Below are positions 12,589-26,000 of a stretch of 64,000 nt of DNA, piece after piece. This DNA is from Botryllus schlosseri. Lineage: Eukaryota. The DNA lies in assembly GCA_051294905.1 (NCBI GenBank), contig CM119372.1, forward strand, positions 36,644,001 to 36,708,000, read 5' to 3'. Made by a program: the position numbers and the translations under genes. The first letter of the stretch is position 1. Every line of letters begins with the position of its first letter. Below the pieces are notes generated by a model. It saw only the letters and a list, made by a program, of their open reading frames with translations, was not told the DNA's origin and did no database searches.

Positions 12589-12998
12589 ACATGATAGGGT
12601 TGCGCTAGCGTTAGCCAAATGTTATGGTAGAAATTTCGGCGTCTATACTTCCATGCTATAGTGAAGACGATACTGATCACGTGTTTTCGGTATCACCGAT
12701 ATTGAAACTCCACATTAAAACCGACAATCATCAATACTTTTCCAGAGATGAATACACGTATCTTCCTATATCTTTTTTACTATGCGAGTCTGCGTTTGGA
12801 TATTCATGCGATCTCAATTTTCCAGGTTAAGTTTGGAAAAGCGATTGTTATATGGTATATATTAGGGTTACCATATTTTTGTGAAGCAAATTCCGGACAC
12901 TCTTTAGCGCCCACTAGCGGATTTTAAAATGAGGTGTAGCACATTGGCCGTCATTCTGACGTCATACTAGCAAAGCATTGCCCATCGACTGTATACAC

Positions 12999-13514
12999 CA
13001 GGAGCGGCCAACCTTTTCGGCCAAAGGGTGACATGAGATTTACGAACCATTGCGCGGGCCACTTGATGTTAATAACCATTTGTAACGGCAAAAACAATAC
13101 TATATTATTAGTAACGCGCCAACATCGATTACACTTGTGTCATGAAAAGTCAGTGTGCAGTGCACTCAGGTCCCAACCACTGCGAAAATTTCTAAAAGTT
13201 TATGAACGTATTCGGTCAATAATAATGTTACTGACATATATTGCGGGTCGAATCTCATAACGCTAGGCTCATTTGGCAAGGACCTGATTAATCGGTTCTT
13301 GGGCATAATATCGAATATTTCGGTAAGGAGAGTGAGCGTAATCAACGTGAATCAATCAACTAATGTTGGAAAGTACAGATAAGGAATAGTACTTTAGCCT
13401 TGCCGGTTCACAATAAATGATCTGCCTAATTAATTTTTGTGTTATAACTAATTTCGAGAATTACGTCGCGGGCCACTCAAAACCTTCTCGCGGCCCACGG
13501 GTTGGCCGCCCCTG
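12999..13514. mobile_element. Nested hAT-type MITE
   Basis: Termini CAGGAGCGGCCAAC and GTTGGCCGCCCCTG, TSD GTATACAC/GTATACTA (6/8). Related to 54855-55549. Confidence 0.75.
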
Positions 13515-14080
13515 GTATACTATACAGGAATGGAGTGCAACATAGGTCATGAAATGGGCCATCTGTAATGTGAGCTCTGGTGATTGCTACTTGCTACGGT
13601 CTGCAATAGATTCCTCCACGGGCCGGATGAAATCGTCTGGCGGGCCATGTCTGGCCTGTCATGATTGTGTTTGACAGCTCTGTTATACTGTTAGGTCGGT
13701 GGGGCCATCTGTTTCTGTGTTTTAATCAGGTCCGAAACAACATGTTTTCTGGCCCCTTCCGCCCATAAAGCACTGATCTTGGGCCCACCACAGGGTAGTC
13801 GATGTAACTTCTCGGGCACTTACTATATGCATTTGGCTGTTAAATTTTATGAATGAATGATGTCAATAATATTGATTCTTCCATATATTAGGCTAGTATA
13901 GAATGCACCAGCAGGTTGCACATCCGGTGATTTCCAACCTTTTATTGTCGCGATCTCATTTCCCACTTGAAAATATTCCGTGGCAAAGCTCAAAACTTGA
14001 TAAGCTGATTACTAAAAAAATCAGCTTGCCCAAACTTACTCACGGCCTAGGAAGCTGATTACGTCCAACTTCATCGCGAT

Positions 14081-14597
14081 TAGGGCTGGGCAAAATCGAG
14101 TACCCGAGTGATTCGATTCTGAATCACGTAATATGCTTCGAGTCGAGTCGAGTAATCGAGTATCGCTCATTATGACTTCATAACTGAATGTAATGCGTCA
14201 AAGTTCAAATATGTACCGTATATGCCCCCACAAAGAATATAATGCCTTTTATTCATCTCATAGAAGATACTTTGGTATTTTTTCGACAATACCGATTTCA
14301 TTCTACTTGGTGACAATGTTGTGGGACAATCATGACTTCGGAAATGTGCTACGTCCAGTACCCTTCGTAGCTTTGTACTATATGTTTCCTATGTTACGAC
14401 ACTTCCAATCAAGGTGTCAAGGCCTAAAAAGTGAAAATAAGTATCGAAACTATAATTTTCGTTGATAAATTAACTTTAATTGGAGAGAAGCGTGTAATTT
14501 CAGTACTCGAAAAAGTCGTATTTTACTACTCGACTCGAATCATTAAAATTAGTACTCGATTCCGAATCGAGTACTCGAATCATTTTGCCCAGCCCTA
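14081..14597. mobile_element. Nested hAT-type MITE (TCGAGT repeats)
   Basis: TIRs TAGGGCTGGGCAAAAT / ATTTTGCCCAGCCCTA, perfect TSD ATCGCGAT. Decayed relatives start near 31051 and 43044. Confidence 0.9.
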
Positions 14598-15139
14598 ATC
14601 GCGATCCCCAGACAAAGGCGAACGACCCCAAGATTTGGTACCACTGTCTGTGACTGAAGCATCCAATCGGCCTTAATAACCAACTTTAGGAATATACCGA
14701 TAGCGTATAATTGCGATTACAATCGGACTTATTTCAGTAAATGATGGTTATTTATATTTATTTTGATTGTATTTTTCGCCGAGGGTGTAGCCTACTTGGG
14801 GCCATACTAATATCATTATACGTTGCATTAACTCGCGCGCAGCGCTAAGGACAATTTTGAATAGCATAAATCTGCTTGAAAACAATATTGTTTGTGTTGA
14901 TTTACGAAAAACTTTTGATCCTGCTTCAAGCCTTCAAAATTTCGGACATTTAGGCATATTTTAGAAATTCCTCCCGGACGCATATTTTTCAGTGAAATTC
15001 CGGACATGTCCGGGAAATTCCGGACGTATGGCAACCCTAGTATATATATATATGTTAGATATTGTGGGGTATATAATATCACCTATCATTTGAATGAGGT
15101 ATCGTCGAATAATATGGCGAGCGGAAATCTACCACTTAC

Positions 15140-16182
15140 CGTATCCTGCCACAGCGACTGCCAGAAGTGTCAACTGAACGACAATCATGGTACTGACGCA
15201 GACCAGCGGACTTATCGCAAATTCCAACCCAATGCCAAGCGTTAACCAAAACAGCCATACTGCTGAGTATACATCCAGGGTATCAGGGAAGGTTCGTGCT
15301 TGTATCGCTAAAATTGTTGAAAGTGCTTCAGTTGAACATATGACGAGCAATACAACCCTGTTGAATCGTAAGTACGAGGCACTTCCTATACTCGACCCAT
15401 ACAGTTGATCTGCATTAAATATTTATCATAATCGTTTTGTCTAGAATGAAAATCATGTTTCGAAGGTTTTGATCTTTTAGCTCCGTTGTTTATACACAGT
15501 TGATTTTGAGCTCCTGCACTCTATTGTAATGCATAACCAGATGTGGTCAGAAATGGTGCTCTTTTATTTTTCGAAGTACTTTAAGTATATTCTGCCTATA
15601 CTTGCACTGCTTCCTCAATCGGTTATGATTTTTAAACTGCTACTTATACTTGAATGTTTTCAGCTATTTAGGCAACACTAGGTCTTGAATACTTACTTTT
15701 TTACTTGGTAAAAATGGACGGCGTCACATCAACTTCAACTTGAGTACGAATGATGTCTATACTTTGGCCACCACCGTGCGTTACATGAGTAATGACCATT
15801 GGCTGCTATAGCATTAGGTGTCCAAAATAGGTAGTAAGTGTAAATTACAGCGTGGATGGTAGCGGCAAAGAAGACGAACGCGAGACTTGGCAAATGTTTG
15901 CCTAATCTCCCCGTGACTGTGCTGAACATGCAAGCGCTCAATCCGAATATCATGAGCTGAACTGTGACCTGCGTAACGAATAACAGGCGTGGGGTTATTT
16001 TTATTCGTCGGTCGATAATATTTCTAGAATAAGGCATTATAGACAGTGGCTTAATCTCACTGGTTGACCTGGCGATGCGATTGCGTGGGATCTTTCTATC
16101 CCGGTCGCAGTCGCAATACGAAGAAATACTCTCGTGTAATCCATTAACATTTTTTTTTCAGTAAATCGCCTAACTTATTCAT
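15140..16182 (-). pseudogene. Two exons of a putative multi-pass membrane protein, first exon disrupted
   Basis: An open 270-nt exon 15409-15140 (TGCAG acceptor, GTAAGT donor) encodes about three hydrophobic segments. The upstream segment 16182-15697 encodes two more and ends at GTAAGT, but needs frameshifts, one of them in a 9-A run. Confidence 0.45.
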
Positions 16183-16502
16183 GTATTGCACTGTAGCTGT
16201 GTAGTTATAATTTGTACTGTATGCGCAGCCCGTTCCGCAGAGGCGAGACGGATAGGTACCAATGATAGATACCGAACCCATGCATCTTATTTGTAAAACA
16301 AGCCGCTTGCTTGGAAAGAGCTCGAAATATATGTAGATGCACAAGTTTAGCATTCGCACGATATTTAATTTATATGATTTGTGTTACCGATGTGCTTATT
16401 ATTCAGTATCTGCTTAGCAGCTGACCGATGGACGTAATGCCTTTTTAATCTAACAAACAAGTATTAAAATAGAGGTGGCACACAGTATCATATAGTAGCC
16501 AC

Positions 16503-17110
16503 TAGGGATGGTGTGAACGTGAGGTTCACGTTCGCGTTCTGTGTGGGAACCTAAGATATTTTGAGGTTCACGTTCACAAACGAACCTTGGAAGGTTCTGC
16601 ACTGTGAACCCTTTTCATATATTAAAATTTTCACTTCATTATAACGTCTTCGATTGAAATTTATTGCATTTCAACTGCGGGCCACTCTATGCATGGCGCT
16701 GGCAGCATAAAAAATCAACACTAAACGAGCATGCGCCTTGATATTCTCAAAATGTTTACTTGCTTTTTTACAAAAGTTTGCTCGAAATATTCAGCTTTCC
16801 GTTTGTGAATGTTTAGTGAATTTCTGCTGTGAGCTTGACTCGACATGACACAACATCAAGAGCAGAATACACTACATAGTCAGCGAACGATGCTTTTTTA
16901 TCAATCCATGGAATTGATATCGCTGTCTGATGTAGAGAATCTAGTCGGTGTACGGGGTCAATGTTGACTTCATATGATTACTGTATCGTAAACACAAAAT
17001 CCGTGCGATTGGGTCGTTGGCTACTGCTGTATAACTTGTTAATGGGGTAATATCGGCAGCGAGTATAGAAACCCGCCGTTTTACACTCTGCTCAATATCA
17101 ACATCGCAAT
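16503..17110. mobile_element. Partial hAT-type MITE, TAGGGATGGTGTGAAC family
   Basis: Same terminus as 48893-56063. Segment 16860-17110 is the reverse complement of ~55770-56035. Another end fragment finishes at ~1413. Confidence 0.7.
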
Positions 17111-17289
17111 ACAAGACTACTCCTAGTCGTTTCGATATCTTCCTATCATTCATTGTATTGCAGTCTTGCGATTGTTTGTTTGTTTTATTGACACTCATAA
17201 CTGGAGCTTTCAACAACTTGGTTATGTGCGCCCGCACAGTAATTTTCTTACACATACACATATTTCAGTACACTTGTCTTGAGTCATTT

Positions 17290-17487
17290 CCTGCCATCTT
17301 TCAAGAGTTCGGCTCTCTCTTCCTCTGAGCTTTTTTTAATGCGCTATACTTGCAGCGGGTTCGGCGATGAGGAGCCCAGATAAACCTCCGACACATAGAA
17401 ACATGGCAGAGCCGAGACTCGAACCACCAACCATTGGTGTCGTGGCTGCAGTGTTTAACCAACTGCGCCACTCGCTTCCGCGCAGCC
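17290..17487 (-). mobile_element. tRNA-derived SINE, family A
   Basis: On -: A-box TGGCGCAGTTGG, B-box GGTTCGAGTCT, and the shared core GGAGGTTTATCTGGGCTCCTC. Confidence 0.75.
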
Positions 17488-18186
17488 TTGTGCTGTTTCG
17501 AAGTGACGAAATTTTATGAATAAATTTGAACTTGAGTTGCGGCGGATTCGAGTCCGACCGATGTCGACTGCAGAATCCCTGCCCAAGTGTTGGACGTTAA
17601 TCTATATATGCTCGATCCCTCCCCGCCTTCTGATCCACGACAGTGGTGATTCAAAGTAGCCTAGAAGTATATAGGCCGTGACACTATAGTCGGCAGCTAG
17701 GCCTACGAATTAAAAATAATGAATATATAGACCTGATGTCTGCCTTAATGACTAATTAGGCAATGGCAATGTGTGACGGTGCATTTGCAGTTATATTCTT
17801 TTACATGGTGAATCGTGCAAAATGATGTTAAGTTTTAGGTGACTTTTAGGACTTCCAAGGCAGTGTGCAATATGAACATGGTGCCCCGAACTCAGAAAAA
17901 TATCTACAGTGAGGTTTAACATCACCCCAAACCACAACAGCTGCTTAAAACGTGACATATATGACATTTCAGTAGGCTTGGTAAAATCGCAGCACTCAAA
18001 TTTTAGGGGAATCCTCCATTTTCAGCCGATATTTTGCCAGCTCAACATGCACTGCACACAGATGCAAGGGATATGAGTTAGAGAAAAAAGTTGCTAGAAA
18101 TAGAATACCTTGTTACGGCATAAGGCATGGGAAACGGACTGGAAATCACGTCTTTTTGAAAGTCGCCCAATTCTGAACAACCCTAA

Positions 18187-18527
18187 TACCATAGTGTCCT
18201 ATATGGTGTCGACACAGGCAAATCTCACGCCTCAGTGAAATTGTAACACGTCACAATTTCCATTTGGCTACAGGCAATTTGACGGTCATTTTTGACCAGC
18301 TTGCTGAGCATTAAATTTGGTAAAACGTGTATCAATCGAAAGCTGACTCTGCACTGATTACGAAAATATATATTTTATTCCGCTCGTGGCCCTGGAACTC
18401 CCACAATCAGCCTCGAATTGTTCATTGTTATGGAGATTGGCATTGGGACGCAACAATGCTGAACAATGCTGTCTGGCTCTTTTTCTCTTGAGCTACTCTC
18501 TCGTTTCGCCAGACAGCATTGTTGCGA
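18187..18527. mobile_element. Left arm of a long-TIR (foldback) DNA element
   Basis: Begins TACCATAGTGTCCTATATGG and is homologous to the arms of the foldback at 49855-52042. Confidence 0.65.
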
Positions 18528-18529
18528 AA

Positions 18530-19118
18530 AAGGTGCAAATCGATCAAGCAGGGATTTGATGGAAGACAAAAACTCCCCACATTTTTCGTTGAAGCTGTTT
18601 GTCGAGATGGAAGGGAGGGCTGATAGTTGAAATTCATCAAACGCAGCGTTGCGGAGCGCTTCGTCGTCTACTGATTCACGTCGTCTGCTGAGTTGGTGAG
18701 GTTCGGGAGGTATATTCTTTGCTGCTGTGGCGATAGGAAACCAATATGGTTGTGGTCGCTGATTTTAGAAGACATAACAAATGGAGTGATTTCCATGACG
18801 TGCAAATTCGCAAAGAGATGATCGATCAAAGTATTTGATTTTCTAGCTATAGTTGGCTTCGATATCATTTGACAAAAGACCGACTGATTTGAAGGCATTG
18901 GAGTTTCTCTGCCTGTCAGAAGATCTATATTTATATCTCCTGCAATAAAACAGATCTTTTTCTCACTGTTGACTTTGTCCATCGAGTGTTTTAACGCTTC
19001 TGTGAACTGGCGTATTTCGATGGGATTGGGATCACGATATAATACAGCGACGAGAAATGATTTGTGACTTCCAATTGGGTGATCAATTTCCAGCCATATC
19101 GCCTCGCAACCTGTGACA
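18530..19118 (-). pseudogene. LINE (CR1/L2-like) apurinic-type endonuclease fragment
   Basis: EAIWLEI..., VAVLYRDP, CFIAGDINIDLL, QMISKPT...TLIDHLF and ISDH match the APE endonuclease motifs YRxP, GDxN, PT..IDH and SDH. Confidence 0.85.
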
Positions 19119-19992
19119 TTTAGATTGTAGTGCGTACAACTATCCTATGGAATATTTTCTTCAATGTAAATTCCAACACCTCCGTAGGATTTCGGCGCCG
19201 GAATATAGGCAAAGTTAGCCCGATATATGAACGTTCCGAGTAGGTGTTGCAACTGTGGATCATATACAAACTACATACTATCTCGCCACAAAAAGTTCGA
19301 AACTGATTATCGTGCTCTTGTGATGTACAATTGTACAATGTACATTTTGGTAATTCTTTGTGCTTGAACTAACGAGTTCAAACAGAATCTAGGAATAAGT
19401 AGCCAACTGATTATCACAAAATAACGTCGGAACTTATTTGATCTTATTGGACTCCGGACTTGAAAATTATAAGTGAATGACGACGACTTCAGACTTTGGA
19501 ATGTTCAAATTGGAATTATTTTCGTCCTGTAGTTGACGGAAAAAAATCAGGACTGGATCTATGAAATTTCCCTACGGGGAATTGGACTTATTTATCGAAC
19601 GAACGTATCACAAACTCATGTTCGGATACATACCGGACTTCGATCAATAGCTCAATAGTTGAGGCGAAATATTGATGTATCTCAGTGATTACATCGTGAA
19701 CTACAGGGGATGGGAATAAATTATGCTCGCCGGACTACACAAGACATCACACGCTATAATCTCTGCTCCGATCAGTCATGGCCAGGCCTGTTTATTTTTA
19801 AATTTCTCCAAAAATAACGAAAATAGCTTAGTTTTGGATGTTTTCGAATTTTATTTTTGGAGAATCTCCAAAATTAAGAAATGAAGGTTATTTTTAGCCC
19901 TAATACTACTAGAAAACTTCACCGAAAGTATGTTATACTTATTATCATGTATTCATGTCCTTCAACACATCGACATCATCAGTGATCTTGAT

Positions 19993-20600
19993 CTAACTTT
20001 CCAATACTTTCTTCACAATGTCTTTGGCCTGGAGAATGCCTTCCAAATAAAAATCAGTCAGTGACGCCCGGTAGAGACCCTTCTTCCAGTTGATTCTCGA
20101 GAAATCGGCTTCGACCGTCGCAGTTGTGGGAAACATCAAGCCATATGGGTCCAAAGAACTGTCGGATGGTTTCAAACTCTTCAATCTTCCAAACCTTTGC
20201 TCCTGACAAGCGCTCGTCATTAATGCGCCTGAAAGTGACGTCCATTTTGTATCGGAGAGATATGGATTGGAATCGGTCTTTGATATTCTGTATCTACTCA
20301 GGTGTCCACTCGTTCGACAGCCCACCCCGGTGTTTTTCGATCAATTCACTGAGCTGCAAATAAAGTAGCATATATATATGTATCACTCTTGTTGATAATA
20401 TTAAAATTTAAAAGAGCAAGAAATGTTTGTTCTGTCCTGCCTACGAGGTTGCACCACTTGGTGTGGTAGACAGGGCAGGACCCTTTCATTGTCGGTAACT
20501 TCAATTTTCTTTATGCCGTCGATGAGCCCTGCAATAAATTCTCCCTGCTGCCTCGAACGTGGACTGCTTCTCCCAGCAAACAATTTACAGACCAAAGATG
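19993..20600 (-). pseudogene. hAT-like transposase C-terminal fragment, frameshifted
   Basis: ...LPCLPHQVVQ..., IEKHRGGLSNEWTPE*IQNIKD and MFPTTATVEADFSRINWKKGLYRASLTDFYLEGILQAKD. The VExxFS followed by RxSL is the hAT dimerisation-region pattern. Confidence 0.7.
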
Positions 20601-22976
20601 TAGAAAAGCTGAGTTGATTTGGTAGATATGAGAGGTCGGCGAGTAGTAGAAAGGTGGATTTTGTGTCGACTCAATTCAATGTCTTTTCTATATATTTTAT
20701 TAATGTAAATATTACGCAGATACTACAGCGTTTTCTTATCAGCGCGTGGGATGTAGATACGCTGGTTAAAAGACCACCCTGAAACACTCCTCTCTGCTTC
20801 ACCTATTTAGGCATACCTTATCATAATATCATGCCGTCACATATGCAATGGTATCCACTACCCATTACCTTGTATTATATAAAGATCATAAAACAGATAA
20901 TAACATGAAATGAGTTGGAGAAGCGGAAACAAATTAGAATTGACATTATTGAAAAAGCCAAGACAACTAACAATACAATAAAATGAGGATTAAAAAACAT
21001 AACTGAGTGGATAATATTTCTCTGCAATGAGTAAACTATATAACCAATAGACCAAACCAAGAGCACCCAAATATCAACATATTACGGAAGTAAATACTGA
21101 GGTCAGCGGATTGCATGGATTTAGTGACAGAAATGTTTATGTAACAGTTATTGCACAGTGCTCAAGGATTAGGTTGGAATGATACTCTGCCTGGAAAGCT
21201 GAAGACATAACAATATTGTGTACAGAGAACAAAACATTTGAGTGGCTGCACTGGTATAGACATTAACAAATTATTAGGATTGACAGCAAGATAACCAACA
21301 AGACATTAAAATGACAATTAGTGCAGTTTCTTAGGCTGTAGTGATACTCAGCCAGGAAAGTAATTGACCTAACAGAGAGCAAAACGTTGTAAATAAAGCG
21401 ACAGTCTTACTAGAAGCAGAATAACTATCATGCGGGGTTAGAGAACAGAAGCCCGGGAAGTGACTATCAGAAATTACTGCATACTGGCCGAACAAATGCA
21501 TGACCACTAACAAATGGTCTTTTAATAGTCAATATTGATACCAAATGACACCACCCCTATTTCACCGCAACATTTAGAAAATACAGCGCTGGAGTCAACC
21601 AGAGCAACCTTATATAAGCGCTAACCAAATGCCCCATTAGTTTTCCCATCTACTACTTCGCGCTTCGCGGATGGAAATACGCATTGAAGCGAACGAACGC
21701 GACTTGTCACACTCTTGCAATTTCTGCTCCTTATTTCTCTTCGTTCCTCTTCTCTGTCGCGTTCGCTTGAGGAGAGAAACAGTCGGACGCGTTTACGGAT
21801 CGTGAATTCCCGGCTTGAGGGTGATTCTTCCTCCAATGGTCAGCACCTTGAAAATTGAGAACAATGTTGTTGTAAAATGCATGACAATTTGAAAGTTACA
21901 TCATTCTAATTATTCCAGTTACAGCCGTGAATCGTTACAAGTGCGGTAATCATAAGAATTATTACTATACTTCAACTACAAATACCATATATTGTATAAA
22001 ATAATTACCAATTCTTTTACGTTGATCAAGTCCCAAACAGATGAAATATGTCAAAGAATTTGGTACGATTTTTTGTATAATTTGACAGATTCCGAAATCT
22101 TCTCAAAGTGCACCTTTCAAAAATTTGATTTCAAGACTCCCAACATTTTACAATTCGAAATTTGATGGCTTTACCAATACAAGTGAACATTTTGTATCGC
22201 AATTGACAATTATGTAGAGAACGCTGCGAGACATGTGAGTAGGCCTACCCTAAAACGTTTCTCTGACATGGACATTAGGGCTCCTAAAAAATGACTTTTT
22301 TCCCAAATCGTTCTGGCTACTTGATAAAATTGTTAGGTTGTAAACCTAATTTAAGCCTACACACCAAATTTGGTTCAATTCCAACCCGTAGCCGCATTGC
22401 TACAGGAGAAGAAAGTTTCTATTTATTATATGAAAATAAATAGAAAAACTTTCAAAATTTTCTGTTCACCCCATGAAAGTGTTAGGCTATATATAGGAAC
22501 GATGTTCATCATATTTGGTTCGATTGCAACAAGTGTAAGCGGAGTTATTGCCATCGAAAAATTTGGATTTGAATAAAATAGTATTTACGGTAATATATAT
22601 AATTATATATAATACTATAACACTATAATACTATATAACACTATATTAAATAATTAAAGAATTGTGTCACGCTGTCATACTGTTTTACGCAACCGTTGTT
22701 ATACACTGCATACTGCAATGTTGCTGTGTTCTGGCTCCATTGAAGTTATTTCTAAATTCAACATTAATGCGTCATAATTCTTCATCTGGTTTTGAATTCA
22801 ACTGTTTTGCTTCCTTTATCGTGCCGGTAGCTCTTGATAACTGACACGCGAAAAGTTCTTTGGGTTTCAATAACGTTTATCATGAAGGTACTTTTGAAAG
22901 CAGTATTAAAATTTTGTACCACCAACCAGTTATTCAATTACTATTTATCTTCAAAGTAAATGCTCATTGCATGAAG

Positions 22977-23466
22977 CAGGGTTGTAATGACTCGAGTCAC
23001 GATTTTCTGTTGACTCGACTTGACTCAAGTCATCTTCTCAAAGTACGGAAATGACTCGAGTCAATCTGTGTATTGACTCGACTCATTGCGCATGACTTGA
23101 GACTCAGACGGCCAAGACCGACATTTCATGGTTATTTCAAAGAATAGTAGGCCTACAGTAAACCGCGATTGGGATTTCGTCTATTGATACTGGTATTTGA
23201 AAATGCGACCAGAAACTGCTAGAAGTAAGGGAAATTAGTATATTATAAATGCGACCCACTCGATATCACAACAAATATATAAAAAGTTGGTTTAACAAGA
23301 CTTAAATTGGAAACTGAGCAGCTAACACAATGACTTGGACTCGGCCCTCTGCTCGCTGACTTGGACTCGGACTTGACTCGGTGGTGAATTGAAAATGACT
23401 CGAGTCAAAACTATAAAAGTGAGATTGAATTGCGACTCGGAGCCTTGTGACTTGGTTACAACCCTG
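22977..23466. mobile_element. hAT-type MITE (GACTC/GAGTC repeat family)
   Basis: TIRs CAGGGTTGTAA / TTACAACCCTG, perfect TSD GCATGAAG. Other copies at 33008-33428, 44002-44563 and 49909-50444; partial copies at ~32600-32790 and 63941-64000. Confidence 0.9.
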
Positions 23467-23506
23467 GCATGAAGCCTCAATAGTTACATGAGTGGGGTGA
23501 CTAGAC

Positions 23507-24751
23507 CAGGGGTTCTCAGCCATTTCTTGGCCGTGGCCCATTTTGCTGTTTGAAAATGTGCTGTGGCCCACCTGATATCTTAGAGTCATAATCCCGTTTA
23601 ATGCAGGTGCGCGGTCATGGACAGCGCCGATATGCCTATTTCTCTCAAATATGCGCATTTTTCTCTAACTGATGATATTTAAATCTCGATTTCCCGGGAT
23701 ATGAAATTGCGCGAAGCGCGAAAAAAAATTCAAGTTGAATAAATATCCTCCAACAAACGACCAACAACATAATCTTGGGCCCCTTCGAGTTCCGCAATTG
23801 GGGGTGTGGGTGCGGTAGTTACGGCCCTGGTAGATTATAAGCTATAACTCCTAAGTAGATTATTTTCGTCCGCTGCTCCATTCGCGTCGCGAAATACAAT
23901 GATCACAATGATTCCCGCACTGTGTGATTGGGACTTTAGTGATACTATTGTGGGGAATATTATAATAATTCTAGGCCAGCATCGAACAATTCATTGGTGG
24001 ATGGGGTACTACAGAGAAGTGAAGAAAGATTTGTCAATATGCATTATGTACTTTGTATGTCTTGTACAAAAACAACTGAAGTTGCGATGTCAGAATATTC
24101 AATCCAATGATACAATCAATTCCTGTGACTCTTTCATTATGTACAATGATTTCCAGGCCGGACATTTTGAACCGACTTCAAAGATTAATACGCTCCCATA
24201 AATCCTCAATCCATTAGGATTCGTTGAGGTGGTGCAGTATACCTTCGCCAGAAGTTGCTAATAATTTGCAATTATGGCTATTTTAGCTTACAGTAATACG
24301 GCCTGCCGAAGTACAGTTAATCTGTACATCAATTTCACTTCATTGCGAGTTCATTGCATACCCCTTTCAACAGCACACGGCACATCACGCTTCCGTAATA
24401 CTTGGTTACTTCAGCATTATCTTCCAGTTATTATATGCTTGAAATTATTTTAGTTGCTGTTAACTGTAGGTTGTCATAGCCAGTAGAAAAAGCCACCGTT
24501 TCTCCCTAACGTTTTCGATATGTACATGCTGACTTCATACGTGCCACTACGTCTAATCAGGGTGGGATGAAAAGCTTTGTATCTATGTAGCCTACGTATA
24601 ATTAGATAATACGAATGTATTTTTTGCGAATAACATAAAAAATATAACTAAACTTACATTAATTCTGACATTTTCTAAATAGCTCTGCGGCCCACCTCAA
24701 AATGCTCTGTGGCCCACCAGTGGGCCATGGCCCCCCCTTTGAGAACCCCTG
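23507..24751. mobile_element. hAT-type MITE
   Basis: TIRs CAGGGGTTCTCA / TGAGAACCCCTG, TGGCCCA subterminal repeats, perfect TSD GACTAGAC. Confidence 0.9.
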
Positions 24752-25135
24752 GACTAGACAAAGAACACAGTCACATTTGCAGCATATCATGAATGTCTCT
24801 TAGTATATGTGATCTTGTTCAAATGGAGGTAGATGAAAGCGTATTTCCCATTCTTTCCGACTCTGCCATAATTACACCAGACACCAGCACTGGCAACCTT
24901 CTTCATGATGCTTTCTTGCTGACTGACCAATATTGTCGCCGCCAACGGTACTGAGTGCAAATGTCTGATATGTCAATATAGGAACAGAATTAGTTGACTG
25001 TTCATGACCGTCCACATTCAGAGTTGCAGCTCAAAGATGCTAAAATAAGCCTAAATATATTCCAAGCAATACATCTGATCCTCATAGCCATTTCTTAGAA
25101 AGCCTAGGAGTGGGCCGTGCTATTAGTGGGCAGAT

Positions 25136-26000
25136 GGTTGCCGGTGATCTCGGCACTTGGTGAATTCGGCTCTCGGGAAATGTTGTAATGAAATGTATTA
25201 ACAGTTATTAATATGAATTAATAAACTAATAATAGTATTATCAAGTGATTCGTCAATCTTGTAACGAGGTCAGGGCATCCGTAGATCACGCAGTCACGGC
25301 GTGATTAGATCACGGATTGCGTAGCCGCGGGAAATAATGCAGCGCTCGTATACCGACCACGCGCGGTCTGCTTGGAATCGATGGCGTGAGTGACGGGCGT
25401 GTGTTGTGTAAGTTTTGAGAAGATGGATCTTGTCGTTGTATGTGAGATCGGAGCTGTGGAAGCTCAAGCGGCGCTTCTTCGTTTATCGATCACGATGAGC
25501 CAGTGTTCCTCATCAACAAATGTTTTGCATGATCATGTCAAAATAAATTATTTTTTGCCTTTGGAGAGACGATTCCACTCTGGGGTTAGGGTGTCTCGAA
25601 AACAGGGTTGAAGGATTTCAAGATTACGAGATCTACCGCGAGCCACGACACGTTTAAATTTCCTTTTTGATAGCCTACTGTTCATTCATATTAAATGCAT
25701 TTCTAATGCGAAGGTGTTCTAGTGCCAATTCCTCCAAGGGTCGAGTTTACCAAGTGAAGAGCGTCGCGTTATTTCCCGCGATTACACAATCTGTGATCTA
25801 ATCACGCCGTGACTGTGTGATCTACGCATGCCCTGACCCCCGTACAACATTGACAACCACTCAAAGTGCCAAGTTCACCGGCAAACATTCCAGTAACCAA
25901 TCATGGTGACCGGTACCACTACGAGATCTACCATGGCCGAATTCACCAAGTGCCGAGTTTGTGCAGCCGAATTCACCAAGTGCCGAGTTCACTGGTAATT
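25136..26000. mobile_element. MITE with GG-start TIRs and internal inverted repeats (superfamily uncertain)
   Basis: Termini GGTTGCCGGTGATCTCGGCACTTGGTGAATTCGGC and GCCGAATTCACCAAGTGCCGAGTTCACTGGTAATT, TSD GGGCAGAT. An internal ~95-bp inverted pair lies at ~25252-25346 / ~25759-25854. Confidence 0.8.

Larger units (their letters stand above)
12863..15039. mobile_element. hAT-type MITE (TAGGGTTACCAT / CCGGAC-repeat family) with nested insertions
   Basis: Termini TAGGGTTACCATA and TATGGCAACCCTA, perfect TSD GTATATAT (12855-12862, 15040-15047). A second copy lies at 50968-52024. Confidence 0.9.

Noticed and set aside
9932..12594. Twin ORFs 9932..10132 and 12397..12594 as a duplicated gene
   Set aside because: They are chance ORFs inside the two LTRs, with a non-ATG start and no domain.
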